Assembly: GCA_017447325.1 (NCBI GenBank) | Contig: JAFSNU010000128.1 | Coordinates: 1-35,839, forward strand | DNA length: 35,839 nt | Direction: 5' to 3' | Origin: Synergistaceae bacterium | GTDB taxonomy: Bacteria; Synergistota; Synergistia; Synergistales; Aminobacteriaceae | Part shown: positions 34,983 to 35,839 of the stretch, one piece after another | How the letters are laid out: each line of letters opens with the position of its first letter | Position numbering within the stretch: position 1 is the first letter of the stretch | Position numbers and translations under genes: made by a program | Notes under the pieces: generated by a model | The model's input: only the letters and a program-made list of their open reading frames with translations | The model's database searches: none | Told to the model about the DNA's origin: nothing

Positions 34983-35839
34983 TTAATTTAATCTTGATTT
35001 AATAATCTCGATGCTGCGCCTGAGTTCTTGATCTGTATTAATTAATTCAGAAATTTTTCTATGCGCATGAAGCACAGTCGTGTGATCCTTCTTGCCGAAA
35101 GATTTAGCTATATTATTTAAACTTGCATTAATTAATTCACGGCATAAGTACATGGCAATTTGTCTGGCATGAGCAAGTTCTGCCGTGCGGCGTTCGCTTG
35201 ACAAGTCTTCAGGCTCAAGACCGAACTTATCAGCTACAGCCTGTTTAATTAATTCAATGCTGACTGTCCCGACTTCCGGCGCGTCAATCTTCAAAACATC
35301 TCTCAGCCATTCGCTGACTAACTCGACGCTCGGCTCTTCTTTGAAATTATCTATGCACGCTATAACTCTATTCAACGCACCCTCAAGCTCTCGAATATTG
35401 CTCGGCACGTGACGGGCAAGAAAATAAATTATGTCGTCAGAGATCACGCGGCCCTTTAACGTCGCCTTGCGCTGCAAGATCGCAACTCGGGTTTCAAAGT
35501 CAGGACTTTGCACGTCAGTCACAAGCCCTCCGGCGAAGCGGCTTATTAATCGATCTTCTATATTATTAAGCTCTGACGGCTGGCGGTCGGAGCAGATCAC
35601 AACCTGCTTGTTGCCGTCGTAAAGCGTATTAAACGTATGAAAAAATTCCTCTTGGCTCTGCTCTTTGTTGCCCAAGAACTGAATATCATCTATTAATAAA
35701 ATATCTAAATTTCTATAACGTTCTTTAAACTGCGAAGTCTTAGAGAATGCTATAGCATGAACGAACTCGTTTAAAAAATTCTCAGCGCTGATATATAAAA
35801 CTTTAAGCTCAGGGTTGCGCTCTATAGCATAATGACAGA
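34983..35839 (-). CDS. dnaA: Chromosomal replication initiator DnaA; 5' part lies outside the window
   Basis: LLIDDIQFL (Walker B), SDRQPSEL, RFAGGLV and NIRELEGAL. Domain IV reads RQIAMYLCREL...SLNNIAKSFGKKDHTTVLHAHRKI. The frame is open to base 35839. Confidence 0.93.
   Translation of the reverse strand, partial: CHYAIERNPELKVLYISAENFLNEFVHAIAFSKTSQFKERYRNLDILLIDDIQFLGNKEQSQEEFFHTFNTLYDGNKQVVICSDRQPSELNNIEDRLISRFAGGLVTDVQSPDFETRVAILQRKATLKGRVISDDIIYFLARHVPSNIRELEGALNRVIACIDNFKEEPSVELVSEWLRDVLKIDAPEVGTVSIELIKQAVADKFGLEPEDLSSERRTAELAHARQIAMYLCRELINASLNNIAKSFGKKDHTTVLHAHRKISELINTDQELRRSIEIIKSRLN

Overview
The window splits into two parts at about 26.1-26.4 kb.

(1) Positions 1 to ~26,044 are a cassette-like accessory island with long AT-rich spacers rich in TATATAATATA-type -10 motifs.
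- It carries hallmarks of an integrated, decaying conjugative plasmid or ICE: ArdC, a DpnD/PcfM-like gene next to a giant N6-methyltransferase/SNF2-helicase gene, a ParA plus ribbon-helix-helix partition pair, a phage-type PD-(D/E)XK exonuclease module and an RtcB remnant.
- I found no integrase, relaxase, T4SS, IS element, tRNA, rRNA or CRISPR array in the window.
- The first ~9.8 kb holds eight intact cargo genes: a tandem AAA+ ATPase, a PARG-type macrodomain, a degenerate FtsZ paralogue, an ankyrin protein, a 418-aa orphan, a compact M28/M42-like peptidase, an Arch_ATPase/DUF234 ATPase-nuclease and ArdC.
- The presumed element backbone (10.1-23.3 kb) is heavily pseudogenised by in-frame stops, frameshifts, deletions and lost start codons.
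- 23.5-26.0 kb holds an intact divergent pair: a tandem HeH/Rho_N-like protein and a five-HTH regulator.

(2) Positions ~26,447-35,839 are core chromosome.
- The minus strand carries flgI-flgH-flgA-flgG-flgF and mreB. The L and P rings indicate a diderm host.
- The plus strand carries nnrD, a small membrane ORF, tsaE and a stand-alone GMP synthase PP-ATPase subunit.
- A 5'-truncated dnaA lies on the minus strand at the window edge.

The most interesting candidates are:
- the PARG-like/FtsZ-like gene pair with its upstream tandem AAA+ gene;
- the orphan/peptidase/ATPase-nuclease triad;
- a nested inverted-repeat structure and flanking 47-bp direct repeats around ardC;
- a distinctive nonsense-codon pattern, with every in-frame TGA at an expected Gly position;
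- several unusual domain architectures.

All homology statements come from motif recognition by eye, not from database searches.
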